In this document: positions 36,801 through 51,800 of the stretch, in pieces
How the letters are laid out: every line of letters starts with the position of its first letter
How positions within the stretch are numbered: position 1 is the first letter of the stretch
Assembly: GCA_028534125.1 (NCBI GenBank)
Contig: CM052829.1
Location: forward strand, 1,426,001-1,490,000
Direction: 5' to 3'
Source: Lama glama
Taxonomy: Eukaryota
Length of the DNA stretch: 64,000 nucleotides
The notes under the pieces: model-generated
Database searches by the model: none
What the model was told of the DNA's origin: nothing
The model's input: only the letters and a program-made list of their open reading frames with translations
Made by a program: the position numbers and the translations under genes

Positions 36801-39800
36801 ACGTTTACACACATGCGCGGCTCAGTGACGCCCACTTCTCCTCGGTGTCCCCCCGCCCCTCAGGGGCGACCCTGCTGGGACCCCAGCCTGAGCCAGGCTC
36901 CTAAATCCCACTCATTCCAACACTCAGCTTGGTGTCGGGGTTGCCTGAAGGGAGTTCCTCTTCAGAACATCAGGCTAAGTAAAGCCTGTGTGAAATGATA
37001 AAACAGTCCCCATATTTTCTCTCGCTGTTTGAAAACCACTTCCCCATCACGTTTATGATCGCTGGCACTGCCGACTAGGACACGCTTAAGGCTGTAACGC
37101 GTTCTCTCACTCTGTTTCTCCAAGGGCTTGGGGTGTTCATTTCAGCCAGACTGTGCGGACGCCCCCCCAGCCCCCCAGCCCCCTGCGGTCCCACAGTTTG
37201 GGGTTATTTTAGTGCAACTCACTTCACAGAAGACAAGGACCCCTGGAGGGTCCCTGAATTTTCCCCAGTTGTGCTATTTAGTCCAAAACGTCAGTGAGAA
37301 GATGCAAAACACTGAAGACTATTTGAAAGAGGTTTGCAACACACACTGATAATCTTGGCCGTGAAGGTGCAGGCGAGCCTGGCCCACGGGCGGCTGAGCT
37401 GAGCCCAACCATCCCCTCTTACTGTCACCTGGGAGATTAAGATCCAAGCACAGGCCTGCCCTTGGAGATTCGGATTCTAATCAGACTGTTTAACCCAGGT
37501 ACCGCCACCTCTGTCCCCCGGGCAAACCAGGGTGTCACTCTGGCAACGTGGCCCTGACAGTATCCGATGGGTTCACACCTCGAGCAGGACGCAGAAGCCC
37601 CGGAGATCCGGGAGGCCTGGCCCCGAGGCAGGCTGTTCCATCCAGACAGAGGAAGACAGAAACCACACGGGGGGCAAAAACCCAGCAGGCCCCTCAGCTA
37701 GCACCCCGCGTGCTTTTCCTTGCAGAAGTAAAAGGTCTCAGCGCTTACAACAGAGTCTCCAGCAGTGCAGCTCTCACGCCCTCCCTGAGACGTGGAGGCA
37801 TTTGGTGGGCGGGCCGGGGGGTGTCCGGCTGCAGAGGACAAATTAGCCTTTACCGGGATCCCTCAAACCACCTCCGAGTGCAGGAAGAAGGCAGCCGGGA
37901 CTGAGAAAATGCCACCTGTTTCGTATTTGTGGTGGAAAAGCGGCTCGGGCAGCGGTCATCTTAACCACGATGCCACTTTTTATTTCTGGAATCTGCTTCC
38001 TGCAGAGATGCCTACTTTGAAAAAAGAGAGAATCTCCTATCATTTCCACTGGAAGAATTTTCTTGGGTGGATATAAAAACCCCAGTATCCTGGAAGCAGA
38101 GTTGAGGCAGAGACTTGATCGTAGCCGGCGGGGGCAGGGGTGGGCATGTGGGTGTGTGCAGAGAGCGACGCGCGTCCCCTGCTGACCCGACCTCTGGGGC
38201 CACGAGCCCCGGCCGCACCCGTGGTGTCAGACGCCCGAGCCCTGGGGCTGGAGCGCAGCGCTGTAATTACAGCTCCCAGCTGGCTGCAGCCTCTGCTGGG
38301 CAAACACAAACACGCCTTCTCAGGACGCTTGATGTCGGCATCTCCAACCAAACCATACTCTTCGAGTCACCCTGAGGTGGAAAGTCCTGGCTGTGTCTTA
38401 GTTAAGTCCCAGACCTGTTCACTTGATTGCTAAAAAGTGACTTTCACTCCTTGGTTACAACCACTGCCTTAGAAAGCAGGAGTCGGTTCCAGGGGTGGAA
38501 GGCTCGTTCCCAACGGGACAAGCCCCTCGGTCGGGTGTCAACATCCTTAACAGGCTTTAGAAAATCCAGGATGTGCCAGGAATCCCAGAGAGGAGGAAGC
38601 GCTGCCCCCTCAGCCTGAGGTCTGCGCATCACGCACCTCAAGTACCACCTGCACCCAAGGTGCCCGTGCTCACCTAACAATTGTTCCTCGCACCATGCTT
38701 CCTCCTTCCCCGCCACAGGCCTGCTCCACACTCACAGCAGACACTCAGACGCGGATGCCAACCTCTCAGCCTGCAGCTCAAGTGAAACCCACTGACATCT
38801 ACACGTGACGGTGATAATCGACCTTGAAGACGCCTTCACTCACCCGTCTAGGAAGGACACGAGCAGGGGGCGCACGTCTTCAAACACTGCTCCCTGAGAC
38901 TCTGCTGGGCCATAGACTCTGAGAGGCAAAGGGAAGTGATGCAGATTAGAAGAAAGCGAGTTACGTCCGTGTCCCGAGAAAAAGCGTCCCTACGTGTTTC
39001 TCATGTGAACCTCCCGGTGCAGTCAAGACTCACGTTTTTTGAACAGAGAAGGATTAATTTATTACTTTTCAAGCTGACGGAGGTTAAGGAAGAGTGAAAA
39101 GTGGTTTCCTCTGCTATAGGAATGTAGCAAGCACGAGCAAAGTTACAAATGCTTGCGAAGCAGAAAGAAAAAGCAAGAAGAGGAGGAACAAAAGGCACCA
39201 TGTAATTAGCCCATAACGGAGTTAACGCCGCCCAGCGGGTCCAACAACAACGACGCGGAAATCACACTCAGGCAACGTTTGATACGTGACACTTACCTGT
39301 TACCTTACGCTCCTAAGAATACCACTCTCCCAGACCCCAGGCTGGCTGGCTGAACACTAGCACGCATCACGGGACGGGAATGCCGGCTCTGGGAGGGGCC
39401 CCCGGCGCCGTCTGTGCTTACAAACACGTACATGAACCCAAGTGGGAAGTAACGTCCAGAAGCTGCAGGTCACGGCACGGCGGGAAGCGAGACTGGGCCT
39501 CCACTGGGGGGCCGGGGCCAGGGCCGGGCCACGCTGCCCAGCTCTGACAAAGCCGGTGGTTAGTCACGTTCCAGTTGAATGTGCTTTGATTCAAGCTCAG
39601 CTTTCTGAATTGCAGGTTTTTGTTCAGCTGGAACTGAATTTTTCTCTCCTGTCATCTTCAAAATGTGTCCTGACAGCCCGGAGATCCAGCTCATCTCTAG
39701 AAGCAGGACTGACATCAAGCCTCCGGGCTTTCCTTACAAAATGCTGCTCCACACGCGGCTAGAGGGCATTTAGAGCAAGTGGGATGGAGCTGAGCTCTTA

Positions 39801-42800
39801 AATACTGTAACTTTTCACCCAAAAAGTCCCACCAAAATACCAAAGCAGGAAGGACAGTGAATGAGTCCAGCTGTGCACCACCAGCTCCTGTAATCGGGCA
39901 CCACCTCCTGACCTCACCCGGAAGCCCTGGAACCGACCTCACGCCCAGGTCATCCGTGAATGTCTGCTACATATCTCTAAAGGATGTGACTCTTGTAAAA
40001 ATCATCACCAGGTTACCACTGTCACACTTGGAAAAATGAACAGCACTTCCTTAGCATCATCCAGGAGAGGGGAGGGCCCGCGTCTCTCCTGTTCTCCAAT
40101 GCGCTTATTCTTCCCATCAGCTTTTAAAAATCATCACAGCTGAATGAATGTATGAGACACACAGGGACAGCAAACTTCTGAGCAGTAAATATTCCAGGCT
40201 TCGTGAACATCTTACTTAAAGAGACACTGGAGCCTTTCTCAACATGAAGGAAAAGATCCAAGTCCTGCCGCCTGCCGCGCTGCTCCACATCGTGTGGAGT
40301 CCCCATTAGCCAACACGGTGACGTGAAAGTCACAGAACAGAAGGTCCGACTGGCTACTTGGAGGTCATATGGCCGGACCTCGCGGCAGTCCAAAACCAAA
40401 TATGAAGGGAACTACGAAACCAATAGGAGAATTTAGTCAAGTAGCAGGATGCAAAATTCACGTACAAAAATCAGTAGCTTTCACATATGCAAACAAAATG
40501 AGTTCACCAATGTGATGGGGAACAGATCCTCTACCTGCTAGGGAAAAAAGTGTCTAAATCCTTTATGAAGAAAACCAGGGGAAAAAGCCCTGAAAGACGT
40601 AGAATTAAATGAGTAAGTGAAAAGACAGGCAGTACTGTGTTCTTGGATACGAAGACTCAGCTCCGTGAAGATGATAGTTTTTCCAAAGTTAGTTTATAAA
40701 CTGACCTGAATCCTCCCCTAAAATACCACATATACTATCAGTATTTTTCTGGTGCTAGACAATTTGATTTTAAAATGTATTTAGCAAAACAAAGGAGCAG
40801 AGCACAGAGGAGGCCCCTGGGGGGAAGGGCAGCAGGGTGGGTCTCAGGCAGCTGCGAGGCCGGTGCAGGGGCAGCGTGGCCAGGACACGTGGGCGGACGG
40901 ACCGGCCACGGGCAGGAGAGAGAACCGGAAACTGACAGGCGTGCACGCGGCGAAGCCCTCACGAGAAAGGGGGCTCCCCAGATTAGTGGGGAAAAGACAT
41001 GTTTTAACAAGTGGGGTTGAGGTAACTGGACAGATTTGGGGGAAAAATAAAGCTGGGTGCCTTCCTCAGCCTGTACTCAAGGACACACTCCAAACGGGTC
41101 ATGAGATTGGCTCCTGTGAAAAATCAATCCACGGAGCACTGACACACGTGGCTACATGCACCTACCACCTGGTAGCCTTGCTAACTATGACTGTGTTAAA
41201 GGGAAAAGAACTTTTTTTTGCACGGCTAAAAGATATCACAAGCAAAGAAAAAACCACAGATGACAACCTGGGAAAAGTAGCTGCAGCTTACATCGCAGAC
41301 AAAAGGTTGCTACCCCAGCACACAAAGTGCCCCAAAAATGGAGAAGAAAAAATGAGCACAGTACACAGAGCGCGGCGTGCACGTCCTCGAGTTTCTTACC
41401 TAGTCCTTGCATGAGAAGTGCTTTCCACGCTGTTACAGAAAAACAGCTGGAGGTGCGCGGAGCTGGCCCCACCGCGTGAGAAGACGCGGAGCCTCACCCA
41501 GCCGGGCGGCCGCGTGGAGACGCCGTCTCTCTTCCGACCTAAAGGCCCGAGGGCTCTGCCCAGACAGCACGCAAGACATGGGGGTCACCCGCGGGCCCCT
41601 CGCCACGTCGGAGGGGCTGGTGACCTCTCAGCGTGAGTCGAGCCTGCCTGCTGAGCACACGTGTCCTTACTGGCTCCCGCGCTCTCGTCCGTCAGTTGCT
41701 GAGAGAGGAGGGCTCCCACCTCCGACTACGGCTGGGGGTTTGTTCGCTTGTCTCCTGGGCCCAGTCAGCACTTGTTCCATGTGCGCTGAAGCTCTGTGAT
41801 TCCCTCTGGGCTGTTACTACTCTTAATACTGGTCCCCGGGCTGTCAGGATGCGACCCTCTTGCTCCTTGGTAACGTTATTAATCTGAAATCTACTTTGAT
41901 ATTAATAGAATGACTCCAGCACTGGCTTTTTAAAAATGGTTTAGCAGTTTGTCTGATTGAATCAGGGTCCACATATCACAACTGATTGATAGGTATCTTA
42001 AAGTCTCTTTGAAAAATGCAAGGTATTTTAAAAGGTTCTGTGAACAAAAACAAGCCATGCCAGTCAACAAGGACGCTGCGGCCGTCACATCATCAGCGGC
42101 GACCGTCGCCCCCAACCGCGAGCAGAGGGAACTCAGCATGCAGACCAGCAGGCAGCCCGGCTCTGTGGTGGCCCCAGCGGTGCCCCCTGAGGGGGCTCAG
42201 GATGGGGAAGAACAGGGCGCTGGCCCTGGACGGCCAGGTGCACGTCAAAGGAGTGATTTCAGGGGCCCAGACCTTTGCACCTTCCCACACACAGAAAAGT
42301 GCTAAATCCCTTAACCTGAGATGTCTGGACTTCTATCATTAACACTAATCTTTTGATGTTCCAACTACCTGGCCTTTGTTGCCAGAAACTCCTATATATC
42401 CTGGCCCCTCCCTTGCTGGGCAGAACTGTCTCTACCACGAGAGGCTGTGTCCTGGGCTCGAGTCCCCAGGAGGCCCACCAAATAAAACAGCTCTCAGCTT
42501 CTAGATGTGCCCTTTATTTCCGTGACAGTACTTAGGGCTCAGTCTTCTTGCTGGCGCTCCGTCCTCACCCAGAATTCCTTCGTGCAGCCTCCTTGCAGAC
42601 CACACCCTCCCAGCCCCACCGCTGGTAGCTGCTAGAGTTTTGTCTTTTCCAAAATTTCTGTAAAGGGATGAATCCGAATGAACTTCAGGTCTGGCTTCCT
42701 TTGCCTGAGGCCACAGTCCGTCCTCCCTGCAGGCTGCAGCCCCCAGACACCCTCCCACTGAAGGACACTTGCGTTGCTCCCAGTTTTTGCCAGTTACACG

Positions 42801-45800
42801 GGAGGCGGCGTGAGCGTGCTGGGGAAACACCCGGGGTGGGGGGGGCTGCCGGGCAGGCGGTCTGTGTTCACCGCACCGCCTAAAGGGCGGGCGCACTCGG
42901 CCCGTCCGCTTTGGGGTTTTTCAGCCACTCTGCTACACGTGTAGCTGCATCTTGTGCTCTCAGGGGCATTTCCCGAAGTTTCCAAACAGCCACCATCTCG
43001 GCCTCGCTCTCTGCCCCAGCGTCGGTGCAGGGACTTGTGGTGCTTCATGCCCTTGTTTTCAGGAGAGCTCCGTATCCTCTGGGTCCGGTCCTTCATAAAC
43101 CGTGCGACTTCCAAACACTCCTTCCTGTGTGTGGCTCGTCTTCTCATACTCCAGGTAATACCATAAACAAAACGAGGGCTTTTCATTTTGATTCTTTCAT
43201 GGATTATGCTTTTGGTGGTGTTTCTCAGAATTCTGTGCTTAACCCAAGGTCACAAAGACTTTCTTCTGCATCAGCTTCTAAAAATGAAATGGCGTGAGAC
43301 TTCACATTAGGTCTAGTTTTCATCTCAGTTAATTTTTGCAAAAGGCATGACATGTGGGTGACCCTTCACTCCACTTTTGCCTCTGGACGTCCGACTGCTC
43401 CAGCACCACTTGCTGAAACACTGTCCTTTCTCCACCAAACTGCCTCTGCCCCTTTGCGATTGGCCAAAATGACAGGACAACGTGTACCTCTGACCAGCCG
43501 AACCCTGACACAGCGCTTACATTTGCGTTACTTTGCCTCACCTGCCACCGTGAAAGGCACTCACCTTTCAAAGGTGTATGTCTTATTAATCAAAGGGCGA
43601 CCAGGCCGACTGCATTCCACCAGGATGGTTTCCTAGTAAAAAAGAGTAAACAAACAAACAAACAAAAAAATGGTCATTCTGTGCCAGGGCTGCATTCATA
43701 ACACTGAGCAGCGGCTGGCGGAGCACAGCCCCGGGCCAGTCCGGCGGCCACCTCCTCTGTGACGAGCTTTGCTGGGACACAGCCCCACCGCGCGCACACA
43801 CTGCCTGTGGGGTTCAGTCAACAGTTTGCCGAGTCACTGAGACAGACACCATACGGCCCCAAAAACCACGGAGTTCACTCCCCGGCCCTTCAGAGGGAGA
43901 GTCTGCCAAGCCCTGACCAACAAGTCAGACCAGCAGAGAAACACAGAGGTCCCACCTGTAAGTTACCCGGCCAGGCAGCCCGGGTGGCCTGACCTTCCCA
44001 GGACGGCTCAGATGTTCATAAGGCAAAAGGGCTCCAACTCGGACACCGGTGTAATTATAACTGGTGGAACTAAAGGTTTCTTTTTCAAAAGCATCAACGT
44101 TTGATCTTGCTAAACTATTTCTTCAGTGACATCCTATGCTAAGAGAAGCAAAGGAAATTTCAGCAAGAAATGCACCTGGGTTTCACCAAGCAAAGGGAAA
44201 GAAATCTGAGCGGCTCCAATTCCAAACAAAATGCCAATCGTGAAGCAGAGCCCCGGGCAGAGGAGGATCTCCACGCCACGCGGCCGCAGCGCCGCGCAGC
44301 CTGCAGACGCCTGGCTGCTCCACAGTCGTAACTGCCCCGTCGTCACCTGCCTGACATCTCTCTCTGCAAAATAAATACATGTCCCAAAACTGGCGTATCT
44401 GGGTTTTGTGGACAAAAAACTGTTGCCTGCCATTCTAGTAAAGAACGAACGCTGCCTGCCTTCAAGGTGTCAGCCACTGCAGCCCCGGGCCGTGCCCCCG
44501 CGGGGACTCAGGATGGAGAAAGAGGAGGACACCGGCCCTAAACGTCCAGGTGCGCAGAACGCAGTGATGTCAGCGAGCTGAGACTCTTGCGTCTCCCCAT
44601 ACACAGAAAAGCACTAAAATTGTTAACTTGAGATGCTGTTTTTGTGATCAGCAGTAAGTTTTTGATGTTCGACTACATTTTTTTCAGTAAAACTACGTAC
44701 CCACCCCACGCACCTCGCCTCCCCAGAGCAGCCCCTCCTGAGAGGCTGTCTCCTGGGCTCGAGTCCGCAGTAAGGCCCCCGAATAAAGCGTAACTTGCAA
44801 CTTGGAGGCTGTACGCTTGTCTTCAGGTGGCAGTTTTAAAGGCACGGGCCGTGGAGTCCGCACCGGCTTGTTCTGAGGCTGCGGCTGTTAGTCAGTTACT
44901 CGCCGCAGAAAGCCAGCCGGGTCCTGGGCAGCTGGGGGAGAGGATGCGGCTGCACTCGGACGCTGCAGGGCCGCCTGGTGCTCTATGCTGAATCACCGGC
45001 GAGGTGAGCCTCCGCCGTCTCACGATCAGAGGTCAGTGCTCTAGGAATCGTTAGCCTTGGCTGCAATCGATTTTCAACTCAGCCTTTTCCCTGGAGTGTC
45101 TCTGCCTGGTGCCCCCTCCACACCGGCCGCCTTGCCTGCCAGGGGCCTTGTCAGCGAGCAAGCCAGTGGAGCGGCCCCAGCCATCCGCCAGCGAGTCTCT
45201 GCGCCCCCAGCCTCAGGCACGCCTGGCTTACTCCTGACATCACAGCCTTAAAAGTATTTCCAAAATGCAAACTCAACAAGAGGGAGCAGATGAAATCACT
45301 GAGGCCGGAGGGGAAGTTTAAGAAGGCGTGAGTGAGGCGGTGTGTGCAGTCTTAAGCGAGGGGTCACTTACGTCCTGATTTCAAGTGACCCACCGGACGT
45401 GTCCCTGGGGGTCCTTGGCTACCACAGCAGACAGTTTCAGGGGAACAAATGGGGACAGACACCAGTCACAGTGGCTTTGGCCTCTTGGGTGTGGTAGGGT
45501 GAGTGGCCAGGTCATGGATCGTGGCACACGGCTGCCATGACCGACTGGGACGGCCCTCTCTGACGACCACGGGAGGCCGTGCCTGTGCCCCAGTGTGGTA
45601 GTCCCCCAGGGGGCTGACTCTCTGGGGCGTCACTGACCTGGAGTCCATTCCTCCCCGGAGCCCTGTCACGCACAGGCAGCTCTCCCGGGAGCCGCAGTCC
45701 CGGGGCACTATCTCCCACCACAGGGAACACGTCGATCCAGCCACAGGCTCTGGCCACAGCTGCAGCCACGAGGACTCCGGTTTGGTGGCAGCTGGGCACC

Positions 45801-48800
45801 AGTGCATGGTTGGCCAGGCTGCCTCTCCTGAGGACCACCTCCCAGGAAGGCTCCCCGCGACTGAACCTGCACTTCCCCTCTTTCACGTCCGCGTGCCTGG
45901 AACAACGTGTGAGTCGCCTCACTTGTTTGGAAGGTGTCCCTTCTTTCCTGGGTTTTTAAGCGACGTTACCTTGCATGCTATTGACTTACGGGATTATTTC
46001 CATTCCCAGTGAACCTGGGTTAAGTAAATTACTGGCAAAAGCAGTCAGTCTCTGAGGATAACCTGCCCCCAAACAAACAAGCTAGAAGTGCGTGTGTCAC
46101 CCTTTGGTCGCTCACACGACAGATGCGTAGGGAGAGACGTCTGTGCCGCATCCAGAACCGAGTCTCAGGGCCAACAGAAGGACACACACCTGCCCGGCCA
46201 AGCACAGCCCAGCGATGCCGACAGTTTCAACAAATAAGTGACAGAGAACGACAGGGAGTGCCACTAAGGACCACGAAGAAGGACACAGATGTGGCGAGAC
46301 CAGTGAGACAGCGGCCCCCGTTGGACGGACACCAGGAAAGGCCCTTCTGAGGCCGCGGCGCGTACGCTGAGCGCGGAGGACGAGCAGGTGAGCATGTGCG
46401 GGTGGAAGAGCGCCTGGGTGGGGGAAGGGCACGTGCTGAGGCTCGGAGGCAGCACAGGGCTTGTCGGGTTCAAGGCCATCAGAGGGGACAATCGGGACCT
46501 CGTCCTGGGAAGTTTACGTTTGAGGTCCGAACGTGCTGTCCCAGAGGCAGTGCAGCTGAACCAGGAACATGTTCTTCCGCATCTGATTATCAAACCAGCG
46601 GATGTAAGTGAAATGACAGACACAAATGGGCGACCAAGGCTACAGTCCCCGAGAAGCAGGGCAGAAGCCAGACTCTCCATCTGAGGCTGATGTGTTCACA
46701 GGCTGAATCCAAGACTCGTAAGTGTGGAATTAGATTACAAACTGAAATGAAGTGCTGACTTACACATCCATACAAACTCAAACTCTCTTTAGACTTTTGG
46801 AAATAAAAACACAACGCAGAAGCCAAGGGTTAGAGTGTCCCAGAACAGGCCCTCGCGTTTTCAGCAGATCAGCCGACAGGAAGCCCTTCAGCAAACAGGT
46901 CTATTCAATTATAAAATGACTCAGATGCTGCTGGTTTTCCGCAACATAATCCAGAATGCCCCAATCAAAAGAAATTTTATCTTATTTTGATGGGTGAAGT
47001 ATTTTTTTAAACTCTCAAACTTCTGAGTTTGAAGACGCAGTGGAAATTTGACAGGGAGGGTGCAGACTGTCGGTAACAGAGAACCCCGGGGCTCAGCCCC
47101 CGGGGCGTCCTCCGGCGGACGGTTCCCGCAGCGGCCAGGTGCTCTCAGAGCTGGGGAACGTAGAAAAGGCAGGAACTTGACCACAAATTCTCCACGTCTT
47201 CACCCATAAAAGGCGAGGGTAGTAAAACGATCTCAAGGCCTCCATTTAATGAGGCATCTCAAGGCATCCCTAATAATGAGAATTAACTGGCCTCCTCCTG
47301 CTCGGCTCAGTCATCCCAGTCCTCCAGGCAACACACAGGGTATCGAACCATAGGAGGAAAACTCCTTTAAAGCGAGATTTTAAAGTGCTTATTTCCAGAG
47401 ACTCTGCCATAGGGATTGTATAATAAGCAACAACAGTTTTCAAGGCTTCTTTGTTTAAAAAAAAAAAATACAGCCATCACTCCATCCACTGACACTACTT
47501 CAAAAAGAGCTGCTGAAGTTTCCGACATGTCACCATGAGACTGACTCAGACGACAGGCCTTGGGGGAAAGTGCACGGGACTCGGGGGGCAGCTCGACGTG
47601 AGGGCACCTCAGAACCGTCACTGTGCTCCAGGGGCCCGCCACCTCCGCGTTCAGCAGAGACGACCAACATTCACTCGGAGGCCGGCACCCCCGTGCTCTC
47701 TACACTCACTCTGTGGCAGGCACCTCAAGGCTAGAATGCAGCCTCCGCCCAGCGCCTTACTGAGCTTTTCCTTACGGACACGCCCAAACACCCGCCAGGA
47801 GGAAGCAGCTGAACGCGCCGTCCCCCAGCCTTTCGACTCTCAGCCAGTCTTGTCCGGGATACGCTCGTACTCAGCCCGCCTCCGTGCGCTCTGGCGTGTT
47901 TTTAATTAAATATCAGACAACGCATCGTTCGATCTCAGTCTGTACATCTAACCAGTAAGGACTTTTGTTTTCCTTTTTGAAGTTTTTATTTTTATTGAAG
48001 TATAATCGGCTTACAATGGTGTGTCAGTTTCTGGTGTACAGCACAGTCACTCAGTCACACCCGCATGTGCACGTGCACGTACATAATCCTTTTCATGTTC
48101 CTTTTCACTATAGGCTATCACAAGGTGCTGAATATAGTTTTCTGTGCTGTGCAGCAGGACCTTGCTGTTTACCTATTTTCTATATAGCAGTTAGTGTCTA
48201 CAAACCCCAAACTCCCAACTTAACCCCCACCTCCTCTCTCCCCCTGGTAACCACAAGTGTGTTTTCTTCATCTGTAAGTCTGTTTCTGTTTTGCAAATAC
48301 GTTCATTCGTGTCTTTTCCTTTTCTTTTTTTCTTTTAGATTCCACATATACATGACATCATATGGTACTTTTCTATGTCTGGCTAACCTCACTCAGTATG
48401 ACGATGTCCAGGTCCATCCAGGCTGCTGCAAATGCCATCATCCTTTTTCATGGCTGAGCAGTATTCCACGGTATATATATACCACCACTTCTTTATCCAG
48501 TCTGTCGATGGACACTTAGGTGGCTTCCATGTCTTGGTGATTGTAAATAGTGCTGCTGTCAACACTGGGGTGCGTGTGTCTTTTCGGATTAGAGTTCCCT
48601 CTGGATATAAGCCCAGAAGTGGAATTGCTGGATCATATGGTAAGTCTATTTTCAGTTTTTTAAAGAATCCATATTGTTTTCCACAGTGGCTGCACCAAGC
48701 TGCATTCCCACCAGCAGTGTAAGAGGGTCCCCTTTCTCCACAGCCTCTCCAGCATTTGTCATTTGTGGACTTTTGAATGATGGCCATTCTGACTGGTGTG

Positions 48801-51800
48801 AGGTGATATCTCAGTGTAGTTCTGATCGCACTTCTCTGATGGTAAGCGATACTGAGCATTTCCCATGGGCCTCTTGGCCGTCTGTGTGTCTGCACTGGGG
48901 ACTTGCTTGCTTAGGACTCCTGCCCATTTTTGGATTGGGTTGTTTATCTTTTTGTTACTGAGTTGTGACAGGACCTTCCTCTGGCTGGTGGTGAGGTCAC
49001 AGGGTGGTGTCCTGGGAAACTCAGTCATCAGCCTTCTGCTTCCAGCCAGTCTGGCCTCTGCCTGCCGTGGTCAGCATGTTGTCACTGAGAAGGAACCGCT
49101 CCCGACTCCCTTTCTTCCCCTTCCTCCTCTTCTGGGCTTCCTCCTCGGGCAACGTGAGTCTTTAGACGTCAGTTTGAAAGTGGGAAAGATGCTGCTTTAA
49201 TGCTGAGAATCAGCACTCCCTCCCTGGGCCACAGCCACACATTTGGGGAGCCCTCACCATGGGCAGCAGACGGCCCGCTGCCACCCACAGGAGAGACTCA
49301 GGACAGGAAACCCCTACACAGACCAGCAGGGAGTCTCCCCACTGTTTCTTCAGATCGCAACCCCTCCCCCCGAAGCCCTCACACCCTGCAGCAGGGGCAC
49401 CCAACAATCCCCTTCAGGACACCTGGGGCTTTTTTTTAACATAGCTCTGTGCCATTAATCTTACCTTATAAAGTTGATACCAGCCAATACACGTGACATT
49501 TCCCTGGTGGTCTCCAGAATGCCTTTCCAGTGGCTCCTCCAGGTCAAGTTCAAAAGAGGACCAGCCCTGGTGGTCCGAGGCTTGTCAGCCCCTCTTGTCT
49601 GAGGCACCCCCACTCCCGTCCACTAAGGTTACTCATCGGCTGAAGGGACCAGGTCCTCTGTCCCGTGAGATGTCCCTCACTCTGACTTGGCTGCCTCTCC
49701 TTTAAAATGATGGAGGCCAAGGCTCGACTGGCGGCAGGGTCAGCCACACAGGGCTGCGGGTGGCCTGCTGCACCACGTCCAGGCCCCAATGTCCCCGAGG
49801 CACACTGTCGGTGGGTTGAGAGGGGCCCCCGCCCCCACTGTAAAGACCTCGTCAGCCCCTGGGGTCTAACACCTGCTGATGGCTGTTATCTAGAGCCATG
49901 AGGGGTTTCAAACGGGGTTTTCCTTCTTTTTTTATAAGCAACAGAAATTTATTGCTCACAGTTCTAGAGGCTGGACGCCCGAGATCATGGTACCAACACG
50001 ATCGTGCTCTGCTGAGCGTCCCCTCCAGCCGCAGATGGCTGGCCCTGGCTGCCCCCACCGCTGGACAGAGAGCCACCCTGCTCTGCTCTCTCCTTATAAG
50101 GGCACTGCCCCGCAAAAGGCAACTTTCTACTCTTATCATCTAGTCTGAATTTATTCTAGAATCTGCTCCTTAGAAAAACTCCCTCAACGGCTCATTTTCC
50201 CTGAAGTGCATTTCATACGGGAAGAACCGCGTAACGTTTAATTCTTTCTGTATCGTTCTTAAGGCTAACGGAGGGTGCTCTAGCAGGCTCCAAGGGAGAC
50301 AGTGAGGTTTACAAGTCATGACAATTACGAACCGAAGGCCTACACGAGTGTGTGTGCCAACCTGCCTCGGCCACCTCCTCAGCCCCCCGTCCTGCCCACG
50401 CCGCGGGCGTCCCACTAGGTGGGTCCGCGCTCTGCGACACGACCCCTGCCCCCAACGCCCCCTCGCTGTCTGGCACAGCCATGTCCAGGCCCACCCGACA
50501 CATGCGGACCCATGATGACCCCCGTGTCTAGAGACCACGTCTGGGTCCTCACTGCTGCTCCGAAGCCTTTTCAACAAAGACGAGAAGCGTGTGAGTTCCA
50601 GGGGGGCACGGAGCCGCGGCTCCCAGGAGGCGGGCCTGCTTCGGTCCGAAACCGCAGAGCCCTGCTTGGCCTGGTCAGACCTCACCTGTGTTTCCTTCCC
50701 TGGGCTCCAAGTTGAGGGCTCAGTCCTAGGGGCCCGGGCTGATTCGGGGGCCGAGCAGTGAGCGAGTGGAGTGACCGTCCTCACTCTTATGGCGGCGAGG
50801 CCCGGTGCGGGGGTAGCGCCCCGGGACCCGCGGGGCTGGAGCGGCCACGCTGGCCAGCAGGCCGTGCGTGAAGGAGGAGCTGTTCTATACCCGTTCAGAC
50901 CCAGAGCCGCTCTCAGGGGCGGAAAAACCGGGGAAACAGTTGAAGCACCAGACGGAAAGGTTTCAAACAGAACCTGTTAGGGGAGTCACTCACGTCGTCC
51001 ACGGCGTGGGCCACTGCTCCAGACACAGGGCTGCGGGGACAAAAAGACATTCAAACTGCGCGTCCCGGCAGCCTTGCTGCCCGCATCCACTCCCTCCCCG
51101 TCCCCTGACACCGTCTCCCACTTCTCTGTTTTCCACCCCTTTCTTATCTTCCTCTCCCCTCTCCCTGTTACTTTCTCTTGAGACTTTCTCTTTCTCTCCC
51201 TCTGGTGTTTTCTATCCCCCAGCGTGTCGTGTGGGAGGGGTGCAGACATCCTAGTCCCCCCTGCAGGCACAGCCTGGGTCAGAGTCTTGGGGGCGAGAGA
51301 TGCAGAAGGGAAGTTTTACCATGGACCTGGGCCTCTGAAGGCAGCCGTGAGTCCAGAAAGAGGCAACAGGTTTCCAAACTAAAATCAAATAATGTAAATG
51401 ATATGAGGGCATATAAATAGTTCATGAAGCCTCACGTGCACTTGTGAGAGGTTGAACAGCCCCGAGCAGCGCACCGTCCGTCGTGTCCCGTGAACTGCCC
51501 AGCTCCGCGCCTGAAGTGCGGCCACTGCAACTGGGGAGGCCACGCTTCTAATTTTGTTTAACTTTTATTCATTTAAAGCCATGTAACCACACGTGGCGGG
51601 AAGCTGCCTTATCAGGCAGCACACAAGGAGTTGTTTTTCTTTAATTTTTTACTGAAGTGTAGTTGGTGCACAATGTCAGTTTCAGGTGTACAGCACAGCC
51701 ATTCCTTTGTACATGTATGTAACTTTTTCAGATTCTTTTCCATTACAGTTCATCGTAAGAAACTGAATATGGTTCCCTGTGCTGCGCAGGAGGCGGCTGT

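Noticed and set aside
39560-39760. Protein-like minus-strand frames in a KIF25 intron (possible extra exon)
   Set aside because: They contain stops, have no convincing donor, and the flanking exons already join in phase.
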